A stretch of 59,858 nucleotides of DNA from Pseudomonadota bacterium (GCA_021798795.1 JAJZBR010000002.1:1-59858); one strand, 5' to 3'. Numbered from the stretch's first letter, positions 19,587-30,441 are shown. Numbers and translations are program-made. Notes: a model not told the origin generated them from the sequence alone.

Positions 19587-22500
19587 ATGAACATGAATAC
19601 TGAGGGTGATCCGATGGATTCCACCTCCCCACCCACACGCGGCTTCATCGAGGAACCCGGACGGCCCTTCTTTGCCGGCTGGGAGAGCCTCGAAGATGAT
19701 TTTCTCGCGGATGAGAAGACCCTGGTCCGAGGGCTCCTCGACTCGGCCGCCCTCGACCCCGCCCTGCGTGAACGGGCACGTATCCGGGCATTGCGCTGGG
19801 TGCACGCGGTGCGCGACCGAAAAAGCCATCTCCGCATCGGGATCGAGGATCTCTTAACCGAGTACGATCTCTCGACCGAGGAGGGGATTGTCCTCATGTG
19901 CCTGGCCGAGGCCCTGATCCGCATTCCCGATCGGGCGACGGCGGATCGGCTGATCCAGGACAAAATCGGCGGGGCAAGCTGGAGTCAGCATGTCGGTGCG
20001 AACAGCTCCTGGCTCGTCAACGCCGCAAGCTGGGGGCTTTTGATCACGGGCGCCCTGGTGCGTATCGAGGAGCCTTCGGACAAGAAGGCCTGGACCCTGT
20101 TCAAGGGATGGGTGACCCGGGCCAGTGAGCCCGTCGTCCGGAGTGCCCTCGTGCGTGCCATGAAGATCATGGGCAGCCAGTTTGTCATGGGAACCACGAT
20201 TGATGAGGCGCTCGCGCAGGCTGCCTCCCAGCGCGATGGGGGTCACCTTTTTTCATTTGACATGCTGGGTGAGGCCGCCCTGACTCCGGCTGACGCAGAC
20301 GGTTACTGGGACGCTTATGCGCGGGCGATTGATGCGGTCGGACGCCGGAGCGGGTCGACTTTGGGCATCGAAGCGGATACGGTGAGCATCAAGCTCTCGG
20401 CACTCCATCCCCGCTTTGAGTTCGGCCAGTCCGATCGGGTGCTGCCCGATCTCTGCGAGCGGGTGACCCGTCTCACCGAGCGTGCCCGGGATGCCGGGAT
20501 CGGGATCACGATCGATGCCGAGGAAGCCCATCGGCTCGAACTCGGATTGGCCGTCTTTGAGCAGGTCTACCGCGCCCCGTGTCTTCGGGATTACCCCGTT
20601 CTGGGACTGGCCATCCAGGCGTATGGCAAACGCGTCGGGCGGATCATCGATGGTCTCAGAGATCTTTCCCGGAGTGAGGGCAAACGGATTCCGGTCCGGC
20701 TCGTCAAAGGCGCTTACTGGGACAGCGAAATCAAATGGGCCCAGCAGGAGGGTCTCGCGGGCTACCCGGTCTTGACCCGCAAGGCGTATACGGATCTTTC
20801 CTATCTCTCCGCAGCCCGCCGTCTGTTTGCCGCGGAGCATCTCTATCCACAGTTCGCGACCCACAATGCGCTCACGCTTGCCATGCTGATCGAACTTGCC
20901 GGTGGTCGGCACGCGTTTGAGTGCCAGCGCCTGTTTGGGATGGGTGAGAGCCTCTATCAGGCCGCCCGCGAGGATCCCGACTTCGGGGCGCCGTGCCGGA
21001 TTTACGCCCCGTGCGGGGCTTATCGCGAACTTCTGCCCTACCTCGTCCGGCGGCTTCTCGAAAACGGAGCCAATACGTCCTTTGTCCACCGGATCGCCGA
21101 TCCCCGGGTGCCCCCCGAGGAGATTGTGGCCGACCCTATCGAACAGGTACTCGCGAGCGGGGGTGCGCCCCATCCGGGCATTGCGCTTCCACGTGAACTC
21201 TACCTTCCTGAACGACTGAATTCGCGTGGGTTGAATCGGTCCAGCCGGCGCGAGTGGCGCGCGCTCAAGAGGGAAATGGAGGAGGCGCTTCAAGGCCCCC
21301 TCCCAGAGGCCCGCCCCCAGATCGGAGGTGAGGCAGCAGCCGGCCTGGGGCGCAGGCTCTTCAATCCAGCCGATCGCGACGAGGCGGTCGGGATGGTCTA
21401 CGAAGCCGATCCCGCGCTTGTTGATCAGGCCGTGATGCGCGCGCGCGATGGGCAGCCGGCCTGGAACCGGTTACGGGGATGCGCCCGCGCCCTGATCCTC
21501 GAACGGGCCGCCGATCGCCTCGAAGCCGAGCGTGGGCGTCTCGTTGCGCTCGTGGTACGGGAAGCGGGCAAGACGGTCCCGGATGCGCTGGGCGAGGTGC
21601 GCGAGGCAGCCGATGCCTTGCGCTACTATGCATCCCGGGCCCGCGTGGATTTCGAAGAACCGAAACGGCTCCCAGGCCCGACGGGAGAGCGCAACGAACT
21701 CTGGCTCGAGGGGAGGGGCGTATTCGCCTGTATCAGTCCTTGGAATTTTCCACTGGCGATTTTTACAGCCCAGATCGGTGGTGCGCTCGCGGCAGGCAAT
21801 GCCGTCGTCGCCAAGCCAGCCGAGCAGACGCCACTCGTCGCTGCCCAGGCTGTGCGGATCCTGCATGAATCCGGTGTGCCGGGTGACGTACTCGGGTTTT
21901 TGCCGGGAGATGGACCCTCGGTCGGAGGACCGCTCACGATCCACCCGGGGCTTGCGGGCGTTGCCTTCACCGGATCAACCGATACCGCCTGGTTGATCCA
22001 GCGGGCGCTCGCTTCCCGTGAAGGCGCGCTGCCGGTCCTCATAGCCGAAACGGGCGGTGTCAACGCCATGATCGTCGACAGCACAGCACTCCCCGAACAG
22101 GTTGTGACGGATGTCGTCCAATCCGCTTTTCTGTCAGCCGGGCAGCGTTGCTCGGCGCTACGCATCCTTTGCCTGCAGGAGGAGATTGCGGAGCGGGTTC
22201 TCACCATGCTCGCGGGTCATCTGGCTACCCTCTCGCTTGGGGATCCCGGATGGATCACGACGGACATCGGACCCGTGATCGACGAGGACGCCCGCGCGCG
22301 ACTGGCGCATCACCGGGAAACCATTCAGGGGGTGGGCCGTCTCATCTACGAAATGCCCCTTCCAGCAGGATGTGCCCGGGGAACCTTCTTCGCGCCTTGC
22401 ATCATCGAACTCGACTCGGTGAAGGATCTGCCGGGGGAGATCTTTGGTCCGATCCTCCACGTCATCCGGTTCGCCTCCCACAGGCTCGACTCGCTCATCC

Positions 22501-22808
22501 GGGAGATCAATGAGACAGGCTATGGCCTCACGCTCGGCATCCATTCACGGATCGACCGGGGCGTGCGAGAGATAGTCTCCGGAACGCATTGCGGCAATAC
22601 CTATGTCAACCGCAACATGGTCGGGGCGGTGATGGGTGTGCAGCCATTCGGCGGACAGGGTCTGTCCGGAACCGGCCCCAAGGCGGGCGGTCCGAACTAT
22701 CTCAACCGGTTTGCCGTCGAGCGGGTTCTGACCATCAATATCGCAGCAGTCGGCGGCAATGCCACGCTCCTTAATCTCTCCGAGGAATCGGCTTCGAAAA
22801 CGCACTAG
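19587..22808 (+). CDS. putA: bifunctional proline dehydrogenase / L-glutamate gamma-semialdehyde dehydrogenase
   Basis: 1073 aa. PRODH barrel block (FSFDMLGEAALT, VKGAYWD) followed by an ALDH domain (ISPWNFPLAI, ETGGVNA, GQRCSA). No N-terminal ribbon-helix-helix domain is evident. Confidence 0.93.
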   Translation: MNMNTEGDPMDSTSPPTRGFIEEPGRPFFAGWESLEDDFLADEKTLVRGLLDSAALDPALRERARIRALRWVHAVRDRKSHLRIGIEDLLTEYDLSTEEGIVLMCLAEALIRIPDRATADRLIQDKIGGASWSQHVGANSSWLVNAASWGLLITGALVRIEEPSDKKAWTLFKGWVTRASEPVVRSALVRAMKIMGSQFVMGTTIDEALAQAASQRDGGHLFSFDMLGEAALTPADADGYWDAYARAIDAVGRRSGSTLGIEADTVSIKLSALHPRFEFGQSDRVLPDLCERVTRLTERARDAGIGITIDAEEAHRLELGLAVFEQVYRAPCLRDYPVLGLAIQAYGKRVGRIIDGLRDLSRSEGKRIPVRLVKGAYWDSEIKWAQQEGLAGYPVLTRKAYTDLSYLSAARRLFAAEHLYPQFATHNALTLAMLIELAGGRHAFECQRLFGMGESLYQAAREDPDFGAPCRIYAPCGAYRELLPYLVRRLLENGANTSFVHRIADPRVPPEEIVADPIEQVLASGGAPHPGIALPRELYLPERLNSRGLNRSSRREWRALKREMEEALQGPLPEARPQIGGEAAAGLGRRLFNPADRDEAVGMVYEADPALVDQAVMRARDGQPAWNRLRGCARALILERAADRLEAERGRLVALVVREAGKTVPDALGEVREAADALRYYASRARVDFEEPKRLPGPTGERNELWLEGRGVFACISPWNFPLAIFTAQIGGALAAGNAVVAKPAEQTPLVAAQAVRILHESGVPGDVLGFLPGDGPSVGGPLTIHPGLAGVAFTGSTDTAWLIQRALASREGALPVLIAETGGVNAMIVDSTALPEQVVTDVVQSAFLSAGQRCSALRILCLQEEIAERVLTMLAGHLATLSLGDPGWITTDIGPVIDEDARARLAHHRETIQGVGRLIYEMPLPAGCARGTFFAPCIIELDSVKDLPGEIFGPILHVIRFASHRLDSLIREINETGYGLTLGIHSRIDRGVREIVSGTHCGNTYVNRNMVGAVMGVQPFGGQGLSGTGPKAGGPNYLNRFAVERVLTINIAAVGGNATLLNLSEESASKTH

Positions 22809-22850
22809 GCCGCCGCAAATTCAATTGCGGGAATGAGCTAGACTAGAGTC

Positions 22851-24212
22851 ATGTACAGTGTTTTCGAGTTATTCAAGGTCGGTATCGGACCGTCGAGTTC
22901 ACATACCGTGGGCCCCATGCGGGCGGCACGGGCGTTTCTCCTGGGTCTTCACGAACGTCCCGAATGGAACACGGTGTGCCAGGTTTATTGCGAGCTTTAT
23001 GGTTCACTCGCGCTCACCGGGCGCGGCCACGGCACCGACAAGGCGGTTCTGCTCGGATTCGAAGGGGAGGATCCGGGCGAGATCGATCCGGATACGATTG
23101 CTTCGCGGCTCGAGCGGATCCGGAGCACGCGAACGCTCCGTCTCCTCGGCGAAAAAGAGATTGCCTTCGATGAACCCATGGAACTTCTTTTCCATCCGGA
23201 AGCTCTTCTCCCGCGACACAGCAATGGCATGCGCTTCACTGCCGTGACCGAATCCGGTGCGCGGGTGACCGAGGAGTTTTATTCGATCGGGGGCGGATTC
23301 ATTCTCAAGGCCGATGATCCGGATCCTGGGGCGGGCGGTCTGCTCCCCGGGGCGCCCTATCCCTACCACTCGGGCGCGGAGCTTCTCGCGCTTGTCACGC
23401 GCGAGAGATGCTCGATACCCGATCTCATTCTCGCGAACGAATGTTCGATCCGAAGCGCGGGTGAGGTGGATGCGGCGCTCGACCGGCTCTGGAGCGCGTT
23501 CCAGTCCTGTGTCACTCGAGGGCTCCATGCCGATGGCATTCTCCCGGGCGGGCTCAAGGTCGTCCGGCGGGCCCCTGTGCTGTACCGGAGGCTCGAGCGT
23601 GCCCGCGAACGCGATGATTTCGACCTCATGGACTGGGTCAACGCCTACGCCCTTGCAGTCAACGAGGAAAATGCGGCCGGGGGCCGCGTGGTGACTGCTC
23701 CAACCAATGGTGCCGCAGGCATCATTCCGGCTGTTCTGCACTACTACCGGTTCCACGTGAAGGGCGGGAACGATCTCGGTATCCGCCGCTTCCTGCTCAC
23801 GGCTGGCGGGATCGGCATCCTCTACAAGCTGAACGCCTCGATTTCGGGGGCCGAGATGGGCTGCCAGGGCGAGGTGGGCGTCGCCTGTTCCATGGCTGCA
23901 GCCGGTCTCACGGCGGCCTTGGGCGGCAGCGCGACCCAGATCGAAAATGCGGCTGAAATCGGGATGGAACACAACCTGGGGTTGACCTGTGATCCGGTCG
24001 GCGGGCTCGTTCAGATTCCCTGCATCGAACGCAATGCGATCGGAGCCATCAAGGCGATCAACGCCCAGCGGCTCGCACTTGGAGGCGATGGTGAGCATCG
24101 GGTGTCGCTCGATCAGGTGATTGCGACCATGCGCGAGACCGGGCTCGACATGCAGAACAAGTACAAGGAGACATCTAAGGGTGGACTTGCGGTCAACGTG
24201 ATCGAGTGCTGA
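22851..24212 (+). CDS. sdaA: L-serine ammonia-lyase (L-serine dehydratase, single-chain Fe-S type)
   Basis: 453 aa. N-terminal [19 protein letters not shown] and the C-terminal alpha-domain CIERNA motif. Confidence 0.93.
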   Translation: MYSVFELFKVGIGPSSSHTVGPMRAARAFLLGLHERPEWNTVCQVYCELYGSLALTGRGHGTDKAVLLGFEGEDPGEIDPDTIASRLERIRSTRTLRLLGEKEIAFDEPMELLFHPEALLPRHSNGMRFTAVTESGARVTEEFYSIGGGFILKADDPDPGAGGLLPGAPYPYHSGAELLALVTRERCSIPDLILANECSIRSAGEVDAALDRLWSAFQSCVTRGLHADGILPGGLKVVRRAPVLYRRLERARERDDFDLMDWVNAYALAVNEENAAGGRVVTAPTNGAAGIIPAVLHYYRFHVKGGNDLGIRRFLLTAGGIGILYKLNASISGAEMGCQGEVGVACSMAAAGLTAALGGSATQIENAAEIGMEHNLGLTCDPVGGLVQIPCIERNAIGAIKAINAQRLALGGDGEHRVSLDQVIATMRETGLDMQNKYKETSKGGLAVNVIEC

Positions 24213-24828
24213 CTCCCTCGTGCGGAGGATCCACTCGGGTTTGCCTGGAGCGGGTCTTTTGGGCGACCCAGATCGTGAGGGCCCGATCGAACGCATGATC
24301 CAGTGAGGCGAATCCGGCAACCGCGCCCGAGACGCCGGGTGGCGCGCGTTGGCTCAGGATGAAGATGTGGTGGATCTGCCAATCCTGGTCCAGGGGACGC
24401 GCGAGCGTGGCATCGATCGCCATCCGGACCCGTGCGCTTTGAGGAGACGTGAAGTCCTCTTCCCAGACGGACAAGGTGAGTTTGAGAACATACCGGGCGA
24501 CCCCTTCTCGACTGAGAGCCGAGAACCGATTTCTCAACCTTGTGTTGAGAAGCCGGATAGGTGATCCGAGCCAGGCGACTTGTGGGTACACCCGGAGTTC
24601 GTGTGGATGATGGTAGAGCAACCGGTAATGGATCCCGCGCCCGGCCATGCCGACTCCAGGCTTGAGGCCCGCGAATGCAAGGGGCGGAAGCATCGGACCG
24701 TGGTAGTGGCGTCCGTGCGGGGGACCGAAGTCGAGCATGCGGGGAGGGGGTGGCAGCTTCGGCCAGAGGCTACAGGCTGACAGGAGGGACAGAAGCCCTC
24801 CCCAGACGAGGGTGTGGCGCAGTCTCAT
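24193..24828 (-). CDS. ABC-type transport auxiliary lipoprotein (DUF330/PqiC-like) of the MCE operon
   Basis: Start MRLRHTLVWGGLLSLLSAC (lipobox LLSAC), with AGGAGG 7 nt upstream. It is the last gene of the mlaE/mlaF/mce string. Its 3' end overlaps the sdaA 3' end by 20 nt (convergent). Confidence 0.75.
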   Translation of the reverse strand: MRLRHTLVWGGLLSLLSACSLWPKLPPPPRMLDFGPPHGRHYHGPMLPPLAFAGLKPGVGMAGRGIHYRLLYHHPHELRVYPQVAWLGSPIRLLNTRLRNRFSALSREGVARYVLKLTLSVWEEDFTSPQSARVRMAIDATLARPLDQDWQIHHIFILSQRAPPGVSGAVAGFASLDHAFDRALTIWVAQKTRSRQTRVDPPHEGVSTRSR

Positions 24829-24900
24829 GAATGATCCTCCTGGTTTCGGAAGATATGCTTGGTGCATCTCGCAGGTGAGGAAGTTGGCATCACGTGATGT

Positions 24901-25800
24901 CTAGTGTCGATGGGCGCTTGCACCCGGGTGTGGTCCGCGCGGCTCACTTCGGTGCCCGAGGAGCCAAGCCTGCGGGTTTTGCTCGAGTGTGCGGCTTAAT
25001 GCGGAGAGATGCGATGCCATCCCGCTCAGTTCATCTAGGGTCCGGTTGAGCTTCGGGAGTGTCCCGATCGCGAGCGTGCGTTCGAGTGCCCCGGTTTCGC
25101 CGAGCGTGCGCCGGACGGCTTTCGGGATGGCTTGGCTGTTTCGAACGAGTGTTTGGGCCGAGTCCATGAGATGGTTGAGCGCCCGTTCGGTTCCGGGAAG
25201 GGAACGGGCGGTCTCGCCGAGGTGGTGCTCGATTCTCACAACGAGCGCGAGGCTCCGGTTCAGATTGGCGAGCGATTCCTGGATCGCACGCTCGTTTGCA
25301 GGTGACAGAAGTTTTTCGAGGCGTCTCGTGACGACCACCAGGTTTTGGGCGCTGATCGCGCCGCTTGCGAGGAGCGTGGACTCGGGAGCTGGCGTCATCC
25401 AGAGCGTGCGAGGATAGGGGTGCGGCAGTTGATAGGGACCGTGGAGGGCTTGGACAGGTGGCGTGAGCGCAATCATGGCGGAAGAGGATAGAAGGCCCAG
25501 CGCAAGTTCGGCCCGGGTGCCCGGGACGAGCGGTGTGTCTTTCCGGATGGCAACTCCGATCTCGATCAGGTTCAGGTTTTTTGGGTCAAAGCCGATATGG
25601 GTCACGTGTCCTGCGGCAATCCCGCGATAGAGTACCGGCGCCCCCGTCACGAGGCCTGTGACCGAACCCCGGGTCAGGATCGTGAGCGGACGCATCGGCT
25701 GGGATTTGACTCCCGCAAGCCAGTCCGCCAGAACAATCAATCCCGCCGTGAGTCCGAGTACGAACAGGGCACTCAAGATGGCATACTTTTGGCGTTTCAT
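24901..25800 (-). CDS. MCE (MlaD-like) substrate-binding protein
   Basis: 299 aa. N-terminal TM anchor followed by the MCE domain (VTGLVTGAPVLYRGIAAGHVTHIGF). ATGA-type overlap with the ATPase gene. Confidence 0.85.
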   Translation of the reverse strand: MKRQKYAILSALFVLGLTAGLIVLADWLAGVKSQPMRPLTILTRGSVTGLVTGAPVLYRGIAAGHVTHIGFDPKNLNLIEIGVAIRKDTPLVPGTRAELALGLLSSSAMIALTPPVQALHGPYQLPHPYPRTLWMTPAPESTLLASGAISAQNLVVVTRRLEKLLSPANERAIQESLANLNRSLALVVRIEHHLGETARSLPGTERALNHLMDSAQTLVRNSQAIPKAVRRTLGETGALERTLAIGTLPKLNRTLDELSGMASHLSALSRTLEQNPQAWLLGHRSEPRGPHPGASAHRH

Positions 25801-26543
25801 GGGTTGGTTTCCTCATCCAGCCGGAAAAACGCGCGGATGCGCGGATCCCGTGATTGCTCGAGGTTGTCGATGCGGCCTTCCGCCAGCAGGCGTCCCTCGC
25901 CCACGATGATAACCCGGTGACAGAGCCGCTTGAGTGCGCGGAGATCATGACTGATCATGAGAACCGTGATGCCCAGGTTTTTCTGGAGATTCAGAACGAC
26001 GGCGATAAACGCGTCCGAGACGATTGGATCCAGGCCTGATGTCGGCTCGTCGAGCAGAAGCAGCTCGGGCTCAATGACGAGACAGCGCGCCAGTGCCACG
26101 CGCGTCACCATCCCGCCTGAGAGTTCGGAAGGCATGAGCGGCGCCGTTTCTGGAGCAAGTCCCGCGAGCGAAAGCGCGAGGCAGACCATCGGCTGGATCC
26201 AGGAGTCCTCCAGTCCCCGTTCGTTAAGCGGCAACGCCACGTTTTCAAATACGGTGAGCGAACTGAACAGCGCGCCACCCTGGAAGAGAACGCCGATGCG
26301 TTGCCTGAGATGCTGGCGACTCGCGTGAGGAAGCTGGTTGAGTCGTTCACCGAAAATCCGGATTTCGCCCTGAGCGGGCTGGTTCAGTCCGATCAGGTGG
26401 CGAAGCAGTGTCGTCTTGCCGCTGCCGGAGGCGCCGACCAAGCCCACGATCTCGCCCGGTAGAACGTTGAATCCGACGCCGGTCAAAATCGGTTTTCCGT
26501 CGTAGTCCACTTCGACATTTTCAAAGGAGACAGCCGGTTCCAT
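25797..26543 (-). CDS. ABC transporter ATP-binding protein (MlaF-like)
   Basis: Start MEPAVSFENVEV. Walker A GASGSGKTT, signature LSGGM and Walker B LLLLDEP. Lies 4 nt after the permease stop. Confidence 0.9.
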   Translation of the reverse strand: MEPAVSFENVEVDYDGKPILTGVGFNVLPGEIVGLVGASGSGKTTLLRHLIGLNQPAQGEIRIFGERLNQLPHASRQHLRQRIGVLFQGGALFSSLTVFENVALPLNERGLEDSWIQPMVCLALSLAGLAPETAPLMPSELSGGMVTRVALARCLVIEPELLLLDEPTSGLDPIVSDAFIAVVLNLQKNLGITVLMISHDLRALKRLCHRVIIVGEGRLLAEGRIDNLEQSRDPRIRAFFRLDEETNP

Positions 26544-26547
26544 CGTG

Positions 26548-27678
26548 CTAGAACCCAACGCGCTGGAAGAGGACTGCCGCCAGGGCATCCAGCGCAATTA
26601 CGAGCGTGATCGCGAGAACGACCGAGCGGGTGGTTTCCTGGCCCAGGCTCCCGGCATCCGCGCGGACCTCCCACCCAAGATGGGTGGCCACAAGTCCGAT
26701 GATCACTCCGAAGCAGAGCCCTTTGATGACCCCGAACCAGAGGTTCACGATCGGGACAATCTGTGGTAAGGCACGCACCAGGGCCGGGAAGGAGGTGTGG
26801 AGCGTGAGCGCCGCGGCACCGAGCCCGCTCGCGAGACCGAAAAAATCGCTCCAGCCGACCAAAAGCGGCATGACGACCGCGAGCGCCACGAGTCGCGGAA
26901 ACAGGAGACGGTAAGCGGGATCCACTCCCATTGCACGCAAGGCGTCGATTTCCCCTCGGATCTTCATGACACCGAGTTCGGCCGTGATAGCGGAACCCGA
27001 ACGCCCGGCCACGAGGATGGCAGCCAGCATCGGGCCGAGCTCGCGCAGAACGGAAATCCCGATGATGAACACGAGGTAGCTCCGGAGGGCGAATCCCTGG
27101 AGCTGGAGGCCTGCGAGGTAGCCGATCACGATCCCGATCAGGGAACCCACGAGTGCCACGATCCCGATCCCCTTCACGCCGATCTCGTAGATTTCGCGGC
27201 TGATTCCGGCCCAGGGTACTTTCTGAGGCCGGATCAGGCTTGAGGCGAGCTGGCGCAGGAATAGGGCAAACAGGTTGATGAGTAGTCCCACTGTCGCGAG
27301 CACGCCTCCCAGGGTTTCGACGATCCAACGAGTGGGTCTTAACCAGACATGGAGAGGATCTCCTGTTTTCTGGAGCAGGCAGGGTGGGGTATGCTCCCAT
27401 CGTGCAAACAGGCTCGCCTGGGCGGGAGTCTGGATTAAGGAGACTGGCTGAGCCTGGATCCAGGTCTCACGGAGTACCAGGGCGCCGAAATGGTCGAGGG
27501 TCGCAGCCTCAAGGTTCCAGGGGGCTTCCCGATAGCGCGAAGCGAGGCGGCTCACTTCCTGTTCCATTGTCTTCAGCCGCTTCCGATCGGCCAAGGTCTT
27601 CAGGGTCCAGGAACCCTGGACTCGGATTTCTGCCTGGCCATTGACGTGAACGGTCGCTGCCAATCTAGGTTCTGACAT
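26548..27678 (-). CDS. MlaE-family ABC permease with an N-terminal STAS-like extension
   Basis: 376 aa. The ~110-aa soluble N-terminus (HVNGQAEIRVQGSWTLKTL...) is followed by the MlaE permease core. Confidence 0.85.
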   Translation of the reverse strand: MSEPRLAATVHVNGQAEIRVQGSWTLKTLADRKRLKTMEQEVSRLASRYREAPWNLEAATLDHFGALVLRETWIQAQPVSLIQTPAQASLFARWEHTPPCLLQKTGDPLHVWLRPTRWIVETLGGVLATVGLLINLFALFLRQLASSLIRPQKVPWAGISREIYEIGVKGIGIVALVGSLIGIVIGYLAGLQLQGFALRSYLVFIIGISVLRELGPMLAAILVAGRSGSAITAELGVMKIRGEIDALRAMGVDPAYRLLFPRLVALAVVMPLLVGWSDFFGLASGLGAAALTLHTSFPALVRALPQIVPIVNLWFGVIKGLCFGVIIGLVATHLGWEVRADAGSLGQETTRSVVLAITLVIALDALAAVLFQRVGF

Positions 27679-28082
27679 GATAACGGCACGCTCCTTGGGT
27701 TGTCCGATCCCGGATCCTCGAATGATACCGCTTCAGGCGGATCGGAGCACCGGGATCGATGGGCGATCTGTGAAAAAAATTGCATCGCGAACAGGTTTTT
27801 CGCGAAAAGATTCCAGATGACCCGGTTTGGGCAGAAACAGAGTTGGGAAACCAGTGAATGGGTCTCACTCGAGCCCGGATAACCGGGAGGGTGCAGGATG
27901 CGGGGCGAGCACGGTACGAGTGATCGCATGGCAAACTCCCCTCGATGGGATCGGAATCCCGGACGCGAGACTCCGATACCTCGATTGGAGTTGGGTCGTC
28001 GGTCTGAAATCGCTTACAATAAAACCACTTCGATTCTGCCCGTCGCGGGTGTACTCAAGGACCATCCCGGGTTGGAACACGT

Positions 28083-28155
28083 GCCGCAGTAACTCAGTTG
28101 GTAGAGTAGCTGATTCGTAATCAGCAAGTCGGAGGTTCGACTCCTCTCTGCGGCA
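28083..28155 (+). tRNA. tRNA-Thr (anticodon CGU)
   Basis: Hand-folded 73-nt cloverleaf. Acceptor GCCGCAG/CTGCGGC plus discriminator A. D arm ACTC-AGTTGGTA-GAGT. Anticodon arm GCTGA-TTCGTAA-TCAGC. T arm GGAGG-TTCGACT-CCTCT. No encoded CCA. Confidence 0.9.
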
Positions 28156-28270
28156 TCATTTCAAGCGTGAGGTCACGCCGATCGATTCGCGTGATCATAG
28201 TCTTCGACGATGGAGAACGACTCGGGGCCCGCGTGTGCCTTTGTGTGATGCCGGGATCAGACGGGGTAGC

Positions 28271-30292
28271 TTAACGCTTCAGGTAACCGGTCACCCACTC
28301 GTCGATCGCACGGTAGTAGAGCTCAAGTTCAACGGGTTTCTGTGGGAGATGGTAGGCGCCCGGGATCCCGATGAACTTCACCGGAATGTGCCGGCTTGCG
28401 AGCGCGTGATAGAGTGCGAACGATTCGGTGATCGGCACCGTGATATCAGCGGTGCCGGAGAGAATGAGTGTCGGTGTCGTGATCTGACTGGCATAGGTGA
28501 TCGGCGAACCGGTGCGATAAAGAGCCGCACTGTTCGGATCCCACGGATTGCCTCCAAGCGATGCGCGTGTCCACGCCATGTTGCCGGCACCGGAGAGTTC
28601 ATACTCCTGTGTCCAGTCGACGACCCCATCGGCCACCACCGCACAACGCCAGAAGTGTTGATGGGTGATCAGCCAGGCCGTCATGTAGCCACCATAAGAG
28701 TGCCCAACCACTGCGATGCGTGAGCGATTGACGATCCCTTGGCCATCCAGCATCCTGATGCCCGAGATCACGTCGCGATCCGGGCCCGCACCGGGGTCAC
28801 GATAAATCGCATGTTCATGCGCGTTGCCCAGATTGTCGCTGCCACGATAGTTGGGTTCAAAAACAAGATAACCGCGTGCCGCGAACAGATCGCGCAGGGG
28901 TCCGATCTCGCCCGAATCGAAATTCTCCGTTGATGCCGCTTCGGGACCTCCGTGAAGATAGACCACAAGCGGGTAGCGTTTGCCGCTTCGGTAAGTAATG
29001 GGATACGTGAGAATACCGTCATTGATTTGCCCGTCTGGCGCATGCCAGGTGACTTCGATGCTCCGGGGGTAGGCAAAGGTCGAGAAGGTCCGGTTGAATG
29101 CTGTCAAGGCGACCGGCCGGCTGTTCATGGTGCGCAGCAGATAAAGTTCAGGCGGTTGTGCGGCGTTGTCGGCGACAAATGCGAGCTCTCCCTGCGCCGA
29201 CACCGCAACGAGCGACGGATTGAGTCTGCCAAGCGCGAGTGCGTGCGCGGGTCCATGCAGGGGTTGGAGAAAGATACGGGTCCCGACGTGATCGTTGACG
29301 ACGGCAACCAGTCCGCGTCCATCCGTAAGCCATGCGTATTCGGAATAGACATCGCGGTTCATATCTGCACTGACATCACGTCCGCGCTGGCCAGGCTTCG
29401 GGATGACATAGATATCCATATCGCTGACCGGGCCGGGTCCGTGAGGGTATAGGTAGGCAATTGCATCGCCGTCCGGTGCAAACTCGGGGGTGTATTCATA
29501 GGTGCGATGGGTGGTGACGAGACGGACGGAACCGGTAGCGACATTGACTGTCGCGATCGTGGTCTTGTCAGTATCACTCGCGTCGGCATCGATCTGTCGG
29601 GTGAAGACGAGCCATTTGCCGTTTTGCGACCAAGCGGGCGCCGTGATTGACCCGGCAAAGGGTGGTGGGTTCTCCAGGACACTGGTGGGACCAAAAGTCA
29701 GCTGCCGTGCAGTACCGGTTTTGACTGACAGCAGCCAGATATGCGAAGGCGCGGGTGCGTGCGTGATTTGGTAGTCGTCATCATGAATGACGAAAAGATC
29801 ATGATGCATGCGCGCGTCTTTCTTGCTGACCAGTGGGTTGTCGGGCGTGACCAAGGCAATGGTGTCGCCGTCCGGGCTCCAGGAAAACTGCTCGACACCG
29901 TTGTGTGCGTCACTGATGCAGTGGGGCGTGCCACCGTTCACGGAAATGACATAGATCTGGGGTTTCTGCTTCGAGACTTTGGCTATGAAGGCGATGGTGC
30001 GACCGTCGGGTGACCAGCGTGGCATCTTGAGATCTCGCATGCCACGAACCAGTGCCTCCGGTTTCCCGCCGCGGGTGTCGACTACGCGAAGCGTCGTGTC
30101 GTATCGGTCATGCACGAAGTCGGGCTTGATCGTGAGGAAGGCAATGCGCTTGCCATCTGGCGAAAACTGTGGCGAAGCCAGTTTCACCAGTGCCCGATAA
30201 GCCTTGAGATGGATCGGCGCGGTGCGCGCCTGCGCACAGAGCGGGATGAACAGAAGAATTGCAACAGGCCAGCATGCAAGATAACGCCTCAT
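28271..30292 (-). CDS. S9 family serine peptidase (prolyl oligopeptidase/acylaminoacyl-peptidase type) with an N-terminal beta-propeller
   Basis: Signal peptide MRRYLACWPVAILLFIPLCAQA. TolB-like propeller repeats (SPDGKRIAF, SPDGRTIAF, SPDGDTIAL). Catalytic GHSYGGYM nucleophile elbow, GTADITV and YH. Confidence 0.88.
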   Translation of the reverse strand: MRRYLACWPVAILLFIPLCAQARTAPIHLKAYRALVKLASPQFSPDGKRIAFLTIKPDFVHDRYDTTLRVVDTRGGKPEALVRGMRDLKMPRWSPDGRTIAFIAKVSKQKPQIYVISVNGGTPHCISDAHNGVEQFSWSPDGDTIALVTPDNPLVSKKDARMHHDLFVIHDDDYQITHAPAPSHIWLLSVKTGTARQLTFGPTSVLENPPPFAGSITAPAWSQNGKWLVFTRQIDADASDTDKTTIATVNVATGSVRLVTTHRTYEYTPEFAPDGDAIAYLYPHGPGPVSDMDIYVIPKPGQRGRDVSADMNRDVYSEYAWLTDGRGLVAVVNDHVGTRIFLQPLHGPAHALALGRLNPSLVAVSAQGELAFVADNAAQPPELYLLRTMNSRPVALTAFNRTFSTFAYPRSIEVTWHAPDGQINDGILTYPITYRSGKRYPLVVYLHGGPEAASTENFDSGEIGPLRDLFAARGYLVFEPNYRGSDNLGNAHEHAIYRDPGAGPDRDVISGIRMLDGQGIVNRSRIAVVGHSYGGYMTAWLITHQHFWRCAVVADGVVDWTQEYELSGAGNMAWTRASLGGNPWDPNSAALYRTGSPITYASQITTPTLILSGTADITVPITESFALYHALASRHIPVKFIGIPGAYHLPQKPVELELYYRAIDEWVTGYLKR

Positions 30293-30441
30293 CGGAGCGC
30301 TTCCCATTTCTACGGTGGGGTTCATAGCTTAGGCGGCCTGTCGAAGTGGTGTCAATACGGGCAGAGGATTTTTCAGGCATACGACTTCGTGATCCCGGTC
30401 GGTATAATTCACTTCCTTGGAGTTGAAAAGACCGGGGTGTC

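Noticed and set aside
22813-22830. Hairpin CCGCAA-ATTCAA-TTGCGG after putA, considered as a terminator.
   Set aside because: It has only a 6-bp stem and no following T-run. sdaA starts 21 nt later, so it is not reported as a terminator.
27775-27815. Hairpin TCGCGAA-CAGGTTT-TTCGCGA flanked by an A7 run, considered as a minus-strand terminator.
   Set aside because: No minus-strand gene ends upstream of it, because the tRNA on the plus strand intervenes. It lies in the promoter region of the MCE operon, so it may be an operator, but there is no supporting evidence.
28156-28270. Island attachment site or integrase next to tRNA-Thr.
   Set aside because: No integrase-like ORF occurs anywhere in the window. 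I found no copy of the tRNA 3' end (GGTTCGACTCCTCTCTGCGGCA) downstream by eye. The short palindrome GCGTGA-GG-TCACGC is too small to interpret.
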